A DNA stretch of 64,000 nucleotides from Nannocystales bacterium (lineage in GTDB: Bacteria; Myxococcota_A; Polyangia; Nannocystales; Nannocystaceae), in the NCBI GenBank assembly GCA_050633305.1, contig JBOEGF010000021.1:32001-96000 (forward strand). Direction: 5' to 3'. Positions 48,762 through 58,744 of this stretch are shown one piece after another; position 1 is the stretch's first letter, and each line of letters opens with the position of its first letter. The notes below the pieces were generated by a model. The model was not told the origin of the DNA. It was given only the letters and a program-made list of their open reading frames with translations, and searched no databases. The translations under genes were made by a program, and so were the position numbers.

Positions 48762-50179
48762 TGTGGAGGTCGAGGCGCGTCGAGATCGTATCGCGGCGTC
48801 GCGGGGCGTGCCTTCTTGCGGCGGCGGCTTCGCCCCCGACGCCGTGGAGGTGGTGTGTGTTCCGCTTCGAGTGCCTCTTCGTCTTCCCACGGTTCGTCTA
48901 CGACCTCCACCGGGTCGATCGGAGCGGCAGGCTCGACGGCCACCGCGGTCGAGGCGGCAGAGGCGGGAGGCGAAACGATGCCAGTCACCGGAGGTGGTTC
49001 GGCGACCGGAGCGGTCTGAACCGGTGCTGGAGACGCGACGGCGGGGGCAGCCACGGCCGGAGGTGGTCTCTCCTCGAGCTCGACGGAACCGCCTGCGAGG
49101 ACCGCGGCCGCGATCAGACCTGTGACCGCGAGGGGGATGCCCACCGCTGCGGCGATCCAAGGGCCCCGGTTCCGAGGGCGGGGGGACGGCGGCGGGAGGG
49201 TCGCGGGGGTTGCTGGCGGTGTCGGAATCGCGGCGGCGGGCGGCAAGAAGGCGGGGTAGGGCTCCCATGGCACGAGCGCAGAAACCCATGCCGCCACAAC
49301 CTCGGTGCCCACCACGACCTGGTGGCGGGCGGCAAAGGCCTCCAGCGCGTCGGCGAGTTCGGCCGCGGTTTTGAAACGGTCTTCAGGGTCGCCCGCGAGT
49401 GCGGTGAGGACGATGGATTCGAGTGCAGAGGAGTAGGTTGGGTCGCGCTCGGAAGGGCGGACGAACTCGCCGCTGACGATCTGGTGCATCACGGCGTAGT
49501 CGTTCTCCGCGTAGAACAGCCGCTCTCCAAGCGTCGTCTCGTACAGCAGGACGCCCAGCGCGAACACATCGCTGCGGCGATCCATGGCCTCGGACCGACA
49601 CTGCTCCGGGGAGAGGTAGCCCATCTTCCCCTTCACCCCTCCGGCATCGGTGGTGCGAGTGTGGGCTGTTGCAGTCGCGACCCCGAAGTCGGTCACCTTG
49701 ACGGCGCCATCGTAGCCGACGAGAACATTGGACGGAGAGACGTCACGGTGGACGAAACCCGGTGCGCCTCCGTGTGGCCCGGGCCAGTCATGGAGGTGGT
49801 GCAGGCCGCGTGCTGCAGCGATCACGACGGACAACGCAGCGCCCAGCGAGGGCCGGACATCTTGCTCGCCCGAGGCGCGCAAGAGTTTGGCCAGGTCGGG
49901 CCCGTGCACATATTCCATCACCATGAAGTGGCGGCCGGTATCTCGGCCGTGGTCGAGCACCGAGACCAGGTTGGGATGACATAGTCCGCCGGCGATCTTC
50001 AGTTCGCGGTGGAACATCTGCACGAAGCGCGGGTCGTCGGCGAAGTGCGGCAGGATGCACTTGAGCGCGTAGACAACACTGCGCGGGTCGCCTTGCGGCC
50101 GGGCCAGGTACACCTCCGCCATCCCGCCACGCCCGAGACGTTGCAGAAGGTCGTACCGCCCGATGTGCCCGATCGACAC
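48758..50179 (-). CDS. Membrane Ser/Thr protein kinase
   Basis: LGRGGMAEVY, ALK, HRDVSPSNV, DFG, GKMGYLSPEQ; TM; Pro-rich tail. Confidence 0.95.
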   Translation of the reverse strand: MSIGHIGRYDLLQRLGRGGMAEVYLARPQGDPRSVVYALKCILPHFADDPRFVQMFHRELKIAGGLCHPNLVSVLDHGRDTGRHFMVMEYVHGPDLAKLLRASGEQDVRPSLGAALSVVIAAARGLHHLHDWPGPHGGAPGFVHRDVSPSNVLVGYDGAVKVTDFGVATATAHTRTTDAGGVKGKMGYLSPEQCRSEAMDRRSDVFALGVLLYETTLGERLFYAENDYAVMHQIVSGEFVRPSERDPTYSSALESIVLTALAGDPEDRFKTAAELADALEAFAARHQVVVGTEVVAAWVSALVPWEPYPAFLPPAAAIPTPPATPATLPPPSPRPRNRGPWIAAAVGIPLAVTGLIAAAVLAGGSVELEERPPPAVAAPAVASPAPVQTAPVAEPPPVTGIVSPPASAASTAVAVEPAAPIDPVEVVDEPWEDEEALEAEHTPPPRRRGRSRRRKKARPATPRYDLDAPRPPQ

Positions 50180-50196
50180 CCTCTAGAGTGTACCGC

Positions 50197-50811
50197 TCAG
50201 GCCCCCGGGCGGGGCACCAACGAGCGCGTCCACGCGTCGAGTTGTTCCAGGACCCGGTCTCGAACGGCTCCCGGTTGGGTGAGCTCGATGATCTTGTCGT
50301 GAAGCACACTACGTGCGCGCGACAGGCGGGTCGTCACGGTGCTGACCGGGGTCTCGAGCACGGCGGCGATCTCCGGGCTGGACATGTCCTCCCAGTAGAA
50401 CAATTCTACCGCGATCTGCTGGTCCGGCTTGAGCTGCGCATACGCCAAGAGGATCAGGTGGTGTTCCTGCCGGTTCGCGACGATCATCGACAGCGAGGTC
50501 CGGTGGGAAGGTCCGCCGAAGGCGACCTTCCGCTCGAACGCTTGGGCACGCGCGGAGGAGCGCAGCTGCCTCAGCAGGTGATTGCGGGCGATGCCGAACA
50601 AGTAGGACTTGAACGTGGCGTCGCCGCGAAACGAGTTGAGGTTCTCTTGGCACGCGAGGAACGTTCGCTGCGTGAGGTCTTCTGCCACCCGAGGAACCTT
50701 CACGTCGAAGAACCGCCGCACGTTGGGGTAGTACCTCTGGACCAGGGCGCCACCGGCTGCTGCATCGCCGGCCTGCCATGCGGACAGGAGCGTGAGGTCG
50801 TCGGGTTCCAC
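50197..50811 (-). CDS. ECF sigma-70 factor
   Basis: DDLTLLSAWQAGD, AEDLTQRTFLAC, FRGDATFKSYLFGIARN, TPVSTVTTRLSRAR; paralog of 32123-32719. Confidence 0.93.
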   Translation of the reverse strand: MEPDDLTLLSAWQAGDAAAGGALVQRYYPNVRRFFDVKVPRVAEDLTQRTFLACQENLNSFRGDATFKSYLFGIARNHLLRQLRSSARAQAFERKVAFGGPSHRTSLSMIVANRQEHHLILLAYAQLKPDQQIAVELFYWEDMSSPEIAAVLETPVSTVTTRLSRARSVLHDKIIELTQPGAVRDRVLEQLDAWTRSLVPRPGA

Positions 50812-50908
50812 GGCTGCGACGAGTATGCCGCTCGGCTGCCCGCGTTGCGAGCGGGTGGAACGCTGGTCGTTTCTGCATCCTCGTGAGCGAGGGGAGGCGC
50901 ACCGAAAC

Positions 50909-52504
50909 TCACGGCGTGTAGCGGGCTACCCAGACGTCGTTGTCACCCGGCCGGGTCAGACGGCCTGCGATGGTGACCTCCCGCTCTTCGCCGATGGCGA
51001 GGCTCTGGATTCGATCCGCGCCGTTGCCCGTCCCGTCGACGGGCACGATCGCCCACAAGCGCTGCCCCGCGGGGTCATACTTGGCGAGCCACGCATCTTC
51101 GGTGTTCCCCGTGTTGAGAAAACCGCCGGCGACGATGTTGCCAAGCTCGTCGATCGCGACCGAGGTGAACTCGTCGCTCCCTTGCCCTGGGCCAGGTTCG
51201 CTCAGGACCCATGTCAGCGTACACGTCCCTGGTGCGTAGTAGCCGAGCCACGCGTCGAGCTCTTCTTCGGCTTCTCGGGTGACCCGACCTGCGGCAACGA
51301 CCTCGCCCGCGGGCCCGACCGCGAGGGCGTGAATCCGGTCGTCGGCGCCCAGGGGGTCGTCCCCTCCGAGGTCCTCGCACGCAGGCTCGAGCGCCAATCC
51401 GTCCATGTCCAACGCGCGAAGGTGTCGGTCGAGGTCTCCTTCGACGGCTTCGAGCGCACCCCCGACGACAATGCGGCCGGCTGGGTCCCAGACCACCGTA
51501 TTCGCGAAGTCGCGCGCGGCGATTCCTCCGTCAAACGCTTGGGCCCAGATGGTCTCCAGCTGGAACCCGCCTTTCTTGTCCGTCACGACGCCGAATCGGG
51601 TGACGCCAAAGTCAGAGTTGGTCGTATCGCCGACTCGGCCGGCGACGACGAGGTCGCCGTCGGGGAGCACGGCCAGCCCGTAACCTCGCTCGGCACTGGG
51701 CGCGATCGCACCGCGAATGAACGCCCAGTTCGTACTCCCCGTGTTGACGTCGAACTCGGCCAGCCAGTAGTCCTCGCGCGGAGTGAGGCCTTTCTCGGCG
51801 ACCAGGTTGATCACCTGCCCCAGAGCGCGGACGTTTCCCGAGGGGGACGCCTGGACCTGAAAAATGGCGTCGGTACGCTCCGCCGAGCCCAGCAGCGGCT
51901 GACGCCAACGCTCGAGACCGTCTATATCGTAGCGTGCCACGAACCCATCACGGTTCGGACTCTCTCCGACCAAGCCCGACACCACGACTCCACCGTCGTC
52001 GGTGAGCATCACGCTTCGCGCCTCGTCGGGTCCGTCGAGCTGCGAGGTGAAGCTGAACAGCTGCGTCCCGGACGGGCGGCAGTCCGGGTTGCACCCGTTG
52101 CCCTCCAGCGCGTCGCCGTCGTCGCACAGCTCGCCGACTTCGACGTCCCCATTGCCGCACGCGGACGGAGGAGCACCGGTTGTTGTGCTCGAACCCGCGG
52201 AGGTCGGCTCGGAGCTTGCGGTCGGGTCACCACTCGACGAGCTGTCGGCGACGGTCGTGACCGAAGGGCCCTGAGGGACCACGCATTCTTCGGTCCAGGG
52301 TTGCGGTGCGTGTTCGCTGTAGCGGTATCCGCTGGAACACGATGGGTCGGCGTAGCCGCACGCGTTTGCGGCGAAGCATCGCCCTGCGGCTCCGCCCCGG
52401 TCCACGCACTGCTCGTCGCTGGAGCACGCAAAACCGGACGGTTCGCGGCAACCAGAGGCCGCCGCGAGAAGCATCCCAGCAGTGATGCCGACCGAGACTC
52501 GCAT
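50909..52504 (-). CDS. Lipoprotein with Cys-rich N-domain, Myxococcus Cys-rich repeat and beta-propeller
   Basis: Lipobox ASGC; CGNGDVEVGELCDDGDALEGNGCNPDC; paralog of 15996-17561. Confidence 0.85.
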   Translation of the reverse strand: MRVSVGITAGMLLAAASGCREPSGFACSSDEQCVDRGGAAGRCFAANACGYADPSCSSGYRYSEHAPQPWTEECVVPQGPSVTTVADSSSSGDPTASSEPTSAGSSTTTGAPPSACGNGDVEVGELCDDGDALEGNGCNPDCRPSGTQLFSFTSQLDGPDEARSVMLTDDGGVVVSGLVGESPNRDGFVARYDIDGLERWRQPLLGSAERTDAIFQVQASPSGNVRALGQVINLVAEKGLTPREDYWLAEFDVNTGSTNWAFIRGAIAPSAERGYGLAVLPDGDLVVAGRVGDTTNSDFGVTRFGVVTDKKGGFQLETIWAQAFDGGIAARDFANTVVWDPAGRIVVGGALEAVEGDLDRHLRALDMDGLALEPACEDLGGDDPLGADDRIHALAVGPAGEVVAAGRVTREAEEELDAWLGYYAPGTCTLTWVLSEPGPGQGSDEFTSVAIDELGNIVAGGFLNTGNTEDAWLAKYDPAGQRLWAIVPVDGTGNGADRIQSLAIGEEREVTIAGRLTRPGDNDVWVARYTP

Positions 52505-52534
52505 CTCGACATCAGTGTACCGGATCCACCCCGG

Positions 52535-53572
52535 TCAAAGGCGGATTGCTGAGTCGCTCGACTCGCGTCTCGCCTTCTTTTCGATCTCCCACGCGCGCCC
52601 GATGCTGTCCTCGACGACCAAGAAGGGCTCTTCGGAGAACACGTAGCGCTTCTTACCGTTCGCCTCCTCCTCCTTGGGCTTGCCCCAGGCGTTCTCCATC
52701 GCCTTCATCAGCCGCTTGTCGCCGCCGGCCTCCCCCTCGTAGGGGACCGTGAACCGGACCGCGATGACTTGCCCTGTGGTCTTGTCGAACGTCGGCCACA
52801 CGGTGGTGGTGTAGGACTCCAGTTCGGTGGGCAGCAGGTGAATGTCGGTACTCGCCTGCGCATCACCCAGCTGGTCGACCGCGTCCCCGAAAAATTTGCG
52901 CATTTGGGTGCGCTTCTTCTCGGCTTGCTCCTTCGTCAGCTTTTGGAGCACACCGCCGTAGTGCTCAGAGAGTCCGGCGAGATCCAGCCCGAGGAGAGGC
53001 TGGGTCTCGAACCCGAACGCCTTCACGCTTGTCCCGATCAAGGTCTCGAAGGGTAGGTACGCCGAGTATTCGATGTCCTTGCGGCCGTCTCCGAACCCGT
53101 CCTTCAGGGTTGCGCGCAGGCCATTCTCCGGGTTGAACCACGAGTAGACGCTTGTGCTGAGTTCCTTCACCTCGCGCGGGGTCCCCCAAGCCTTCGTGAG
53201 GGCGGCTTGGAGTTCGTCGCCGCGGTCGGGGACGGTGAGGCGAACGTTGACGAGGACCTTCGTCGGTCCGCGCTGCGTGGTGAACGAGCCCACCATGACC
53301 TCTCCTTCGTACGCCTCGAGGTCGACAAGCTTGGTGGTGATTCCGGCGAGGACCTTCTCCGCGGCACGCTCGGGGGCACCGAACTCGAGTGCTGCGAGCG
53401 GAGGGGGCAGTTCCACGTTCGAACCCGGGAACAGGTCAGAGACCGGCTTCTTGGGCGCTGGTCTCGCATGGGCTTGCACCGCAGCCCCATCCTTCGCGCT
53501 GTTGCTCGCGTCACAAGCTCCGAGGAGCCCCGCGCACACAGCGATCCAACGGAATTGTGTCCTGCGAAGCAT
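52535..53572 (-). CDS. Lipoprotein with an internally duplicated alpha/beta domain
   Basis: Lipobox LGAC; ALTKAWGTPREVKE and AMENAWGKPKEEE. Confidence 0.72.
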   Translation of the reverse strand: MLRRTQFRWIAVCAGLLGACDASNSAKDGAAVQAHARPAPKKPVSDLFPGSNVELPPPLAALEFGAPERAAEKVLAGITTKLVDLEAYEGEVMVGSFTTQRGPTKVLVNVRLTVPDRGDELQAALTKAWGTPREVKELSTSVYSWFNPENGLRATLKDGFGDGRKDIEYSAYLPFETLIGTSVKAFGFETQPLLGLDLAGLSEHYGGVLQKLTKEQAEKKRTQMRKFFGDAVDQLGDAQASTDIHLLPTELESYTTTVWPTFDKTTGQVIAVRFTVPYEGEAGGDKRLMKAMENAWGKPKEEEANGKKRYVFSEEPFLVVEDSIGRAWEIEKKARRESSDSAIRL

Positions 53573-53681
53573 GTCGACCTTGGAAGACGAAAGACGTTGT
53601 CCACTGTCGTGGCCCCGTCGGAGATTTACGAGTTCGAACGGCTAACTGGCAGAAATCTATTCGGTTTTTTGGGCCATATAA

Positions 53682-53705
53682 GCGGTCGACTCAGGAGTCG
53701 ACCGC
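53682..53705. repeat. Perfect 11-bp inverted repeat GCGGTCGACTC-AG-GAGTCGACCGC
   Basis: Read directly in a divergent intergenic region. Confidence 0.85.
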
Positions 53706-53938
53706 ACAGAGCAAGACCTCCTTGCAGGCGGATGAGATCGATGGGGTTGTCTTGGCGGTGGCGGCACGGAGATGTTCATGAGTGCGTCTGGAGGACGACA
53801 AGCTGGAGCCCGCAGGCGTTGGTCGACCGAGTCGTTCGGCGAAAGCCTGGGGTAGGGCGTTCGTTGTGACCACCTGCCCAAGCGTTTAACTCGGAGCTGG
53901 TTGTGGGAAGGGCCGCAGTTGCGTAAGCCAACACATGC

Positions 53939-54931
53939 ATGCTCGCGTGGGCGTTGATGTTGAGCCTGATGGGGGGCGAGCTGCGGTGGCAAGCGCCGGT
54001 GGACCAATGCCCGTCGGCAAAGATGGTTCGCGCGCAGATCGATGCCGCCGGAGGGCTCGGTGAGCTTCAGGTGGACGCGGTCGTCACGGCCGAGCCATCG
54101 GGCCAGTGGATGCTGGTTCTCACGACCGTGCTCGACGACGTCTCGGATGCGCGAACCTTTCGCGACGCGAACTGCGCTGCGCTTGCGGAGGCTGCGGTTT
54201 TGCTCGTCGCGACACGCCTGGATCTGGAGCGCGCCGAGTCCTCATCTCCGGGCCGAACCCCTCCCCTCGTGGAGCCTCCTCCCTCGGGCTCACCGCAGAG
54301 CGCCCCGACCCGCGCGGGTGACCCCGGCGAACCCCCGGTCGCTCCTGAACAGCGCCGGGTACAACCGTCGCTGGAGACGCGCGAGCCAGCGTTCACCCTG
54401 CCCGCGGGTTGGACGTTTGCCGTGGCCGCGGGACTCAGCCAAGGAACTGTCCCCACACCGGGCGTGCCCTCCGAGCTGGCGATGGGTCATGCATGGCCGA
54501 TGGTTCGCCTGTCGTTGCGTGGCCGCGTGCATGTGGGAGCCTTGGATGGGCTTGGCGAGACGGGGAGTATTCGGATTGTCCTCGGGACCGTGGGCCCCGG
54601 GGTATGCGCCCGGGCCACGTGGCGACGGCTGGAGTTCCCGCTGTGTGCTGAGCTCGGCGTTGGGGGGAGCCGCGCGGTGACCCGTGGTTCCGCCCGCGAT
54701 CGCGGGGGGTTGTGGGTCGAGGCAGGGTTGGGAGGCGGGCTTGCGTGGTTCGTCGACCCGCGGTGGAGTCTGACCGCGCACTTCGCGGGGACGACTCCGC
54801 TTGTCGGGAGCGGGTACGCGCTGGGGGACGCCGAACTGTGGAACCCCGGGCCGATCGCCGGTCGCGTCATGCTGGGCGTAGAGTTTCTGGTGCCGATCCA
54901 GATTGGCAGTCGGCCGGAGAAGTCCCAGTAG
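53939..54931 (+). CDS. Exported protein: WQAP...CP N-domain, Pro linker, amphipathic beta-rich C-domain
   Basis: RWQAPVDQCPS...NCAALAEAAVLLVATRLD; FPLCAELGVG; RVMLGVEF; paralog of 13600-14535. Confidence 0.78.
   Translation: MLAWALMLSLMGGELRWQAPVDQCPSAKMVRAQIDAAGGLGELQVDAVVTAEPSGQWMLVLTTVLDDVSDARTFRDANCAALAEAAVLLVATRLDLERAESSSPGRTPPLVEPPPSGSPQSAPTRAGDPGEPPVAPEQRRVQPSLETREPAFTLPAGWTFAVAAGLSQGTVPTPGVPSELAMGHAWPMVRLSLRGRVHVGALDGLGETGSIRIVLGTVGPGVCARATWRRLEFPLCAELGVGGSRAVTRGSARDRGGLWVEAGLGGGLAWFVDPRWSLTAHFAGTTPLVGSGYALGDAELWNPGPIAGRVMLGVEFLVPIQIGSRPEKSQ
54893..54922 (+). promoter_or_regulatory. Candidate ECF promoter CCGATCCA-N13-CCGGAGAAG (copy 1, before the ECF gene)
   Basis: Both blocks and spacing are identical to 56075-56104. 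Confidence 0.7.
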
Positions 54932-54934
54932 TCG

Positions 54935-56122
54935 ATGCTTCACGCTCCCGAGCTCCGCGCGTTCGAGCGCACCTACCGGACCGAGGGCCCGTTCGTGGCC
55001 ACGGTCCTTGGGAGGCTCGCGGTCCCCACCGAGGCTGTGCACGATGCGGTTCAGGACGTCTTCGTTGCAGCGTATCGGCGCTGGGCCGACTTCGACACGA
55101 CCCGGCCGGTGCGGCCGTGGCTCACGGCGTTCGCGCACCGCGTCGCGTTTCGGTACCGACGCAGCCAGGCTCGTCGGGATCGAAAGCGGGCTGCGCTGCG
55201 TCATGTCCACCCTCGCGTGGAGCGTTCCGGGGTGCAGCGTGTCGACGCGCGGTCGTTCTTGACCCGGTTCCTCGGGACACTGGACGACGGACATCGACGG
55301 ACGTTCCTGCTGTGCGAACTTGAGGGGCGCACGGCTCCCGAGGCGGCAAGGGTGCTGGGGATCTCCAGCGAGGCTGTGTACGGCCGTGTCCGCAGCGTTC
55401 GCAAGCGGTTGCACCGGGCGTTGATGGAAGACGCGCGTCAGCCCGACGCTCGTGCAGCCGGCCTCATCCCGCCGTGGAGTCTGTTGCTACCGCAGCTCGG
55501 TCTGAGTGCGACGACGGCGGGGCTTGGGCTTTCGTTGGGTGCGCTCAAGGTGTTTGCCGTGACAGTGCTCGTGGGAACGGTTGGGGTGGTGGGGGCGGCA
55601 ACGCTCGGCTCACCCGCGGCCGCCGAGCAGACGCCGCGGGTCAAGACCGACGCACTGGATCCGATGCCCGAGATTGTTGTCCCGGCTTCGGTGGCCGCCT
55701 TCGAGGAGCCCCGAGCGGGGTTGGTCGCAGCAGCGCGTCCCGCCACCGAGCGTCGTGTTTCGAGGCCATCTCCATCGCCGAAGGCGGAGCCGCTCCCCGT
55801 TCAGCCTCACTCGAGTCTGCAGGCCGAGGCGGCGCTGTTGAAGAAGGCCAAGTCCTCTCAGCGAGCGGGCCGCCTCGAAGATGCACTGGCAACCCTCGAG
55901 CAGCATGCCGAACGGTTCCCCGAGGGGCAGCTTGCCGATGGACGTCGCCGAGCCCGTATTCGGGTGTTGTGCGACCTCGGCCGGACGGCGCAAGCCCGCG
56001 GCGAAGCCAAGCTCCTGGCGCGAACGTCTCCCGGTGATCCGCTCGCGGTTCAGGCGCTCTCAATTTGCACGGCCCCGATCCAATCCAAGGGCTCGCCGGA
56101 GAAGAGACAAGTACAACCATGA
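54935..56122 (+). CDS. ECF sigma factor fused to a TM segment, Pro-rich linker and TPR-like C-domain
   Basis: VHDAVQDVFVAAYRR...PWLTAFAHRV; EAARVLGISSEAVYGRV; TM VFAVTVLVGTVGVVGAATL; AEAALLKKAK...QHAERFPEGQLADGR. Confidence 0.9.
   Translation: MLHAPELRAFERTYRTEGPFVATVLGRLAVPTEAVHDAVQDVFVAAYRRWADFDTTRPVRPWLTAFAHRVAFRYRRSQARRDRKRAALRHVHPRVERSGVQRVDARSFLTRFLGTLDDGHRRTFLLCELEGRTAPEAARVLGISSEAVYGRVRSVRKRLHRALMEDARQPDARAAGLIPPWSLLLPQLGLSATTAGLGLSLGALKVFAVTVLVGTVGVVGAATLGSPAAAEQTPRVKTDALDPMPEIVVPASVAAFEEPRAGLVAAARPATERRVSRPSPSPKAEPLPVQPHSSLQAEAALLKKAKSSQRAGRLEDALATLEQHAERFPEGQLADGRRRARIRVLCDLGRTAQARGEAKLLARTSPGDPLAVQALSICTAPIQSKGSPEKRQVQP
56075..56104 (+). promoter_or_regulatory. Candidate ECF promoter CCGATCCA-N13-CCGGAGAAG (copy 2, before the lipoprotein)
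   Basis: Lies in the ECF 3' end, 14 nt before ATG 56119. Confidence 0.7.
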
Positions 56123-56907
56123 AAACTCCGACGCTCTTGTTTTCCGTTTCGTTGTCTCTCGTCGCCGCCGGCTGCATCGATATCAAGGACGTCGGCGTGG
56201 AGTCTGACGCGAGCAGTGGCGGGTCCACGTCTGATGCGTCCGGGGCCTCGATGACCTCCGGCGAGTCGGAGACCTCCAAGACCACCAGCCTCCCCACCGA
56301 TACTGTGACCGCTTCGGGGACCGCCTCGGTGACCGCTTCGGTGACCGCTTCGGTGACCGATTCAGGGACGACAACGACACAAGGAGGAAGCGAGACGGGC
56401 GTGGGCTCCATGGAGACGGCGACAGACTCGGCTGGCCTGACGGACACTGCCGGAGGGAGCGAGTCTTCGACGGGGACGGGGTCGGACACTGACGGTGGCC
56501 AAGACGAAGAGGGACTCTGCGAGGCCAGCGGAGGCATCTGGGACCCGGCCTCCTGTGGTCACTACACCTGCGGGCTCTTCCCCGATTGCCAGGCCGTCGT
56601 CCCAGGTTGTGACTGCGGCGAGCATCGAAACTTCGTCGAGGACATCGGCTGCCAACTCGACAGCGAATGCGATGCCTACGAGTTCGAATGCATGGGACTG
56701 AGCTGCGCTGCGCCGGCCCAGTACTGCGACATCGTGGTGCCTGGGATCCCGAAGGCGCCGTTCATCATCGGCTGTCCTGGCGTTCCTGAGGCGTGCGCCG
56801 ACGACTATTCGTGCGAGTGCCTGGAAGCCGAGGGGCTTGTCGAGAAGGGCGCCTCGTGTGAGGCCGACGAGGAGGGTGGCCTCCGTGTTGTGTTCAACGC
56901 TCCGTAG
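56119..56907 (+). CDS. Cys-rich acidic lipoprotein
   Basis: ATGA overlap; lipobox AAGC; Thr/Ser linker with 12-bp VTAS repeats (56305-56364); Cys-rich C-domain. Confidence 0.82.
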   Translation: MKTPTLLFSVSLSLVAAGCIDIKDVGVESDASSGGSTSDASGASMTSGESETSKTTSLPTDTVTASGTASVTASVTASVTDSGTTTTQGGSETGVGSMETATDSAGLTDTAGGSESSTGTGSDTDGGQDEEGLCEASGGIWDPASCGHYTCGLFPDCQAVVPGCDCGEHRNFVEDIGCQLDSECDAYEFECMGLSCAAPAQYCDIVVPGIPKAPFIIGCPGVPEACADDYSCECLEAEGLVEKGASCEADEEGGLRVVFNAP

Positions 56908-56966
56908 CCAGGGGTCGCGCTGACCGTTCCTGCGGCTACACTCCGGCACCGAAGGGTCGCCGAACC

Positions 56967-57299
56967 ATGCCGCAGATTCACGTCATCAACGCCATCGAGG
57001 TTCCTGCCGAGATGGACGAGGTCGCCCGTCAAGTCCGAGACACCTACGTTCGCTACTTCAGCGAACAACCCGGCTTCGTGGGGTCGACCTTCTACAAGGC
57101 CCTCGACAGCGGGTCGTCCTACTCCTACATCAACGTCGTCGTGTGGGAGTCGCAGGAGGCGTTCGATGCGGTCGTCAACGCGGGCTTCAACAACGACGAG
57201 GGGGAGAACGACGATGGCCTGAAGGTCCTGGGCAAGGGCTTTCCTCCGCCGATCGTCGTTCACCCGGGTCGATACGAGGTCATTCGCTCATCCTCGTGA
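56967..57299 (+). CDS. ABM (antibiotic biosynthesis monooxygenase-like) domain protein
   Basis: INAIEVP, SEQPGFVGSTFYK, YINVVVWESQEAF. Confidence 0.85.
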   Translation: MPQIHVINAIEVPAEMDEVARQVRDTYVRYFSEQPGFVGSTFYKALDSGSSYSYINVVVWESQEAFDAVVNAGFNNDEGENDDGLKVLGKGFPPPIVVHPGRYEVIRSSS

Positions 57300-57311
57300 T
57301 GGCCCGCGGCG

Positions 57312-58502
57312 CTACAGCAGGCCGGCTTCTTTGGCGAACAGCTCCATGTTGCCGGCCGCGTTGGCCAGGTCGTCACGGGTCTTGATCGGAAGGAATCGTC
57401 GGTCCCGTTCGACATCGAGATACGCGCTCTGCACAAACTCCGTGCCCTGACCGATCAGGCGCTCGAACTGCACGACCTCGAGCTTGCCGTCCTTGAGCTC
57501 GCGTGTCCCCGAGGGCCAGTCGATCTTCTTGCGGACGGCGAACCAGGTCAGCGGGATGTCGATGTCGACGGCAGACGCGGTGAGCCAGAGCGTGTTGGTG
57601 TTGAAGTGCGGGTAGTCGGCGAGGTCCGTGCCTTCGGGCAGGCGGAACCCTTCGATGATCGCGGGCCGGCCGTTGGTGGGAAGCTGCGCGATGCAGCCGC
57701 CCGCGTCCCCCTCGACCCGACGGACGACCTCGACCGAGATCCCTGCGCCTTGCTCGGCATTTTCGATGTGGGCTCCGAGCACGAACGGGTCCAGTGAGGC
57801 GCCGACGTTGTCGACATTGGAGACCAGGATGTGCTCGACACCTCGCTCGCGAAGCTTGCCCAGGACGCCGCTGTCGCGAAGTCGGCCGAGGGTGTCGCCG
57901 TGGCCCGGTGCGGAGTAGAGCGCCGCAGGCGGAAGGTCGGCGGACTCGGGGAGATCTTGAAGCGGCGTCCCGTCGGGAAGCACCCGAGGCATGATCGACT
58001 GAGAGAAGCTGTAGCGATCGTCTTGAGCGATCCCCCCCCAGCCGATCGTTTCCAGGTGCGCTTCGCTCGCGCCTTCGGTTGCGAAGCTGTGCATGAGGAC
58101 GACGGGGATCGCTCCGCCGAGGGCCTCGGAGCGCTGCTTGATCTCAGCCAGCTTGATGGCGAGGAAGCTGACGTCGTCATGGCCGGGGACGACGGGGACG
58201 ATGCCCTTTGCGCCGCCGCCAAAGCGGGTGGCCATGCCTCCGTTGAGGACGAGGATGGCGACCGAGCCCGCCTTGATCGCCGCCTCGCCCTTGGCGGTGA
58301 GCCGGGTTCGGACCGCGTCGGCATCGGCGGCACTGGGCCGAAGGTCGGTGGGGGCTTCGGTCAGGGTGGCGGGGGCTTGGGACAGCCGGTTGGCCTTGGG
58401 GTCCAGGCAGCCGCTGCCAACCTTGTCGCGAAGGGCAGAAAACTGAGCGTTGTCAAAGGAGTACGAGCGAACCGGCTGCCGAAGTTCCACGGCCCCTGCC
58501 AT
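57312..58502 (-). CDS. UTP--glucose-1-phosphate uridylyltransferase, eukaryote-type UDPGP family
   Basis: LNGGMATRFGGGAKG, APGHGD, SNVDNVGA, FNTNTLW, QFE, RFLPIKTRDDL. Confidence 0.85.
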   Translation of the reverse strand: MAGAVELRQPVRSYSFDNAQFSALRDKVGSGCLDPKANRLSQAPATLTEAPTDLRPSAADADAVRTRLTAKGEAAIKAGSVAILVLNGGMATRFGGGAKGIVPVVPGHDDVSFLAIKLAEIKQRSEALGGAIPVVLMHSFATEGASEAHLETIGWGGIAQDDRYSFSQSIMPRVLPDGTPLQDLPESADLPPAALYSAPGHGDTLGRLRDSGVLGKLRERGVEHILVSNVDNVGASLDPFVLGAHIENAEQGAGISVEVVRRVEGDAGGCIAQLPTNGRPAIIEGFRLPEGTDLADYPHFNTNTLWLTASAVDIDIPLTWFAVRKKIDWPSGTRELKDGKLEVVQFERLIGQGTEFVQSAYLDVERDRRFLPIKTRDDLANAAGNMELFAKEAGLL

Positions 58503-58744
58503 ATCATCGGGCTGTGGCCCGTGCTAGTGTCCCGGCCAATCCTGGCGCCCGCAGATTGCGCGCCACCGAGTTTTTCCCCGGCGGAGCTTCAACCGCCGAA
58601 CACCGCGAGCGACGAGGCTGCGACCTCGCTGACGTACCCGCAGATGCACCACCAGACGGACAACCGGCCGGACAGGTGCCCGTCTGCGGACCCGCCCCCG
58701 CAGCTCGCGAACCCATAGACCTCTCGACTTCATTCGATACCTCC

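Noticed and set aside
58503..58744. Structured autoregulatory 5' UTR of the RNase G/E gene
   Set aside because: Plausible by analogy with rne, but no clear structure could be supported by eye.
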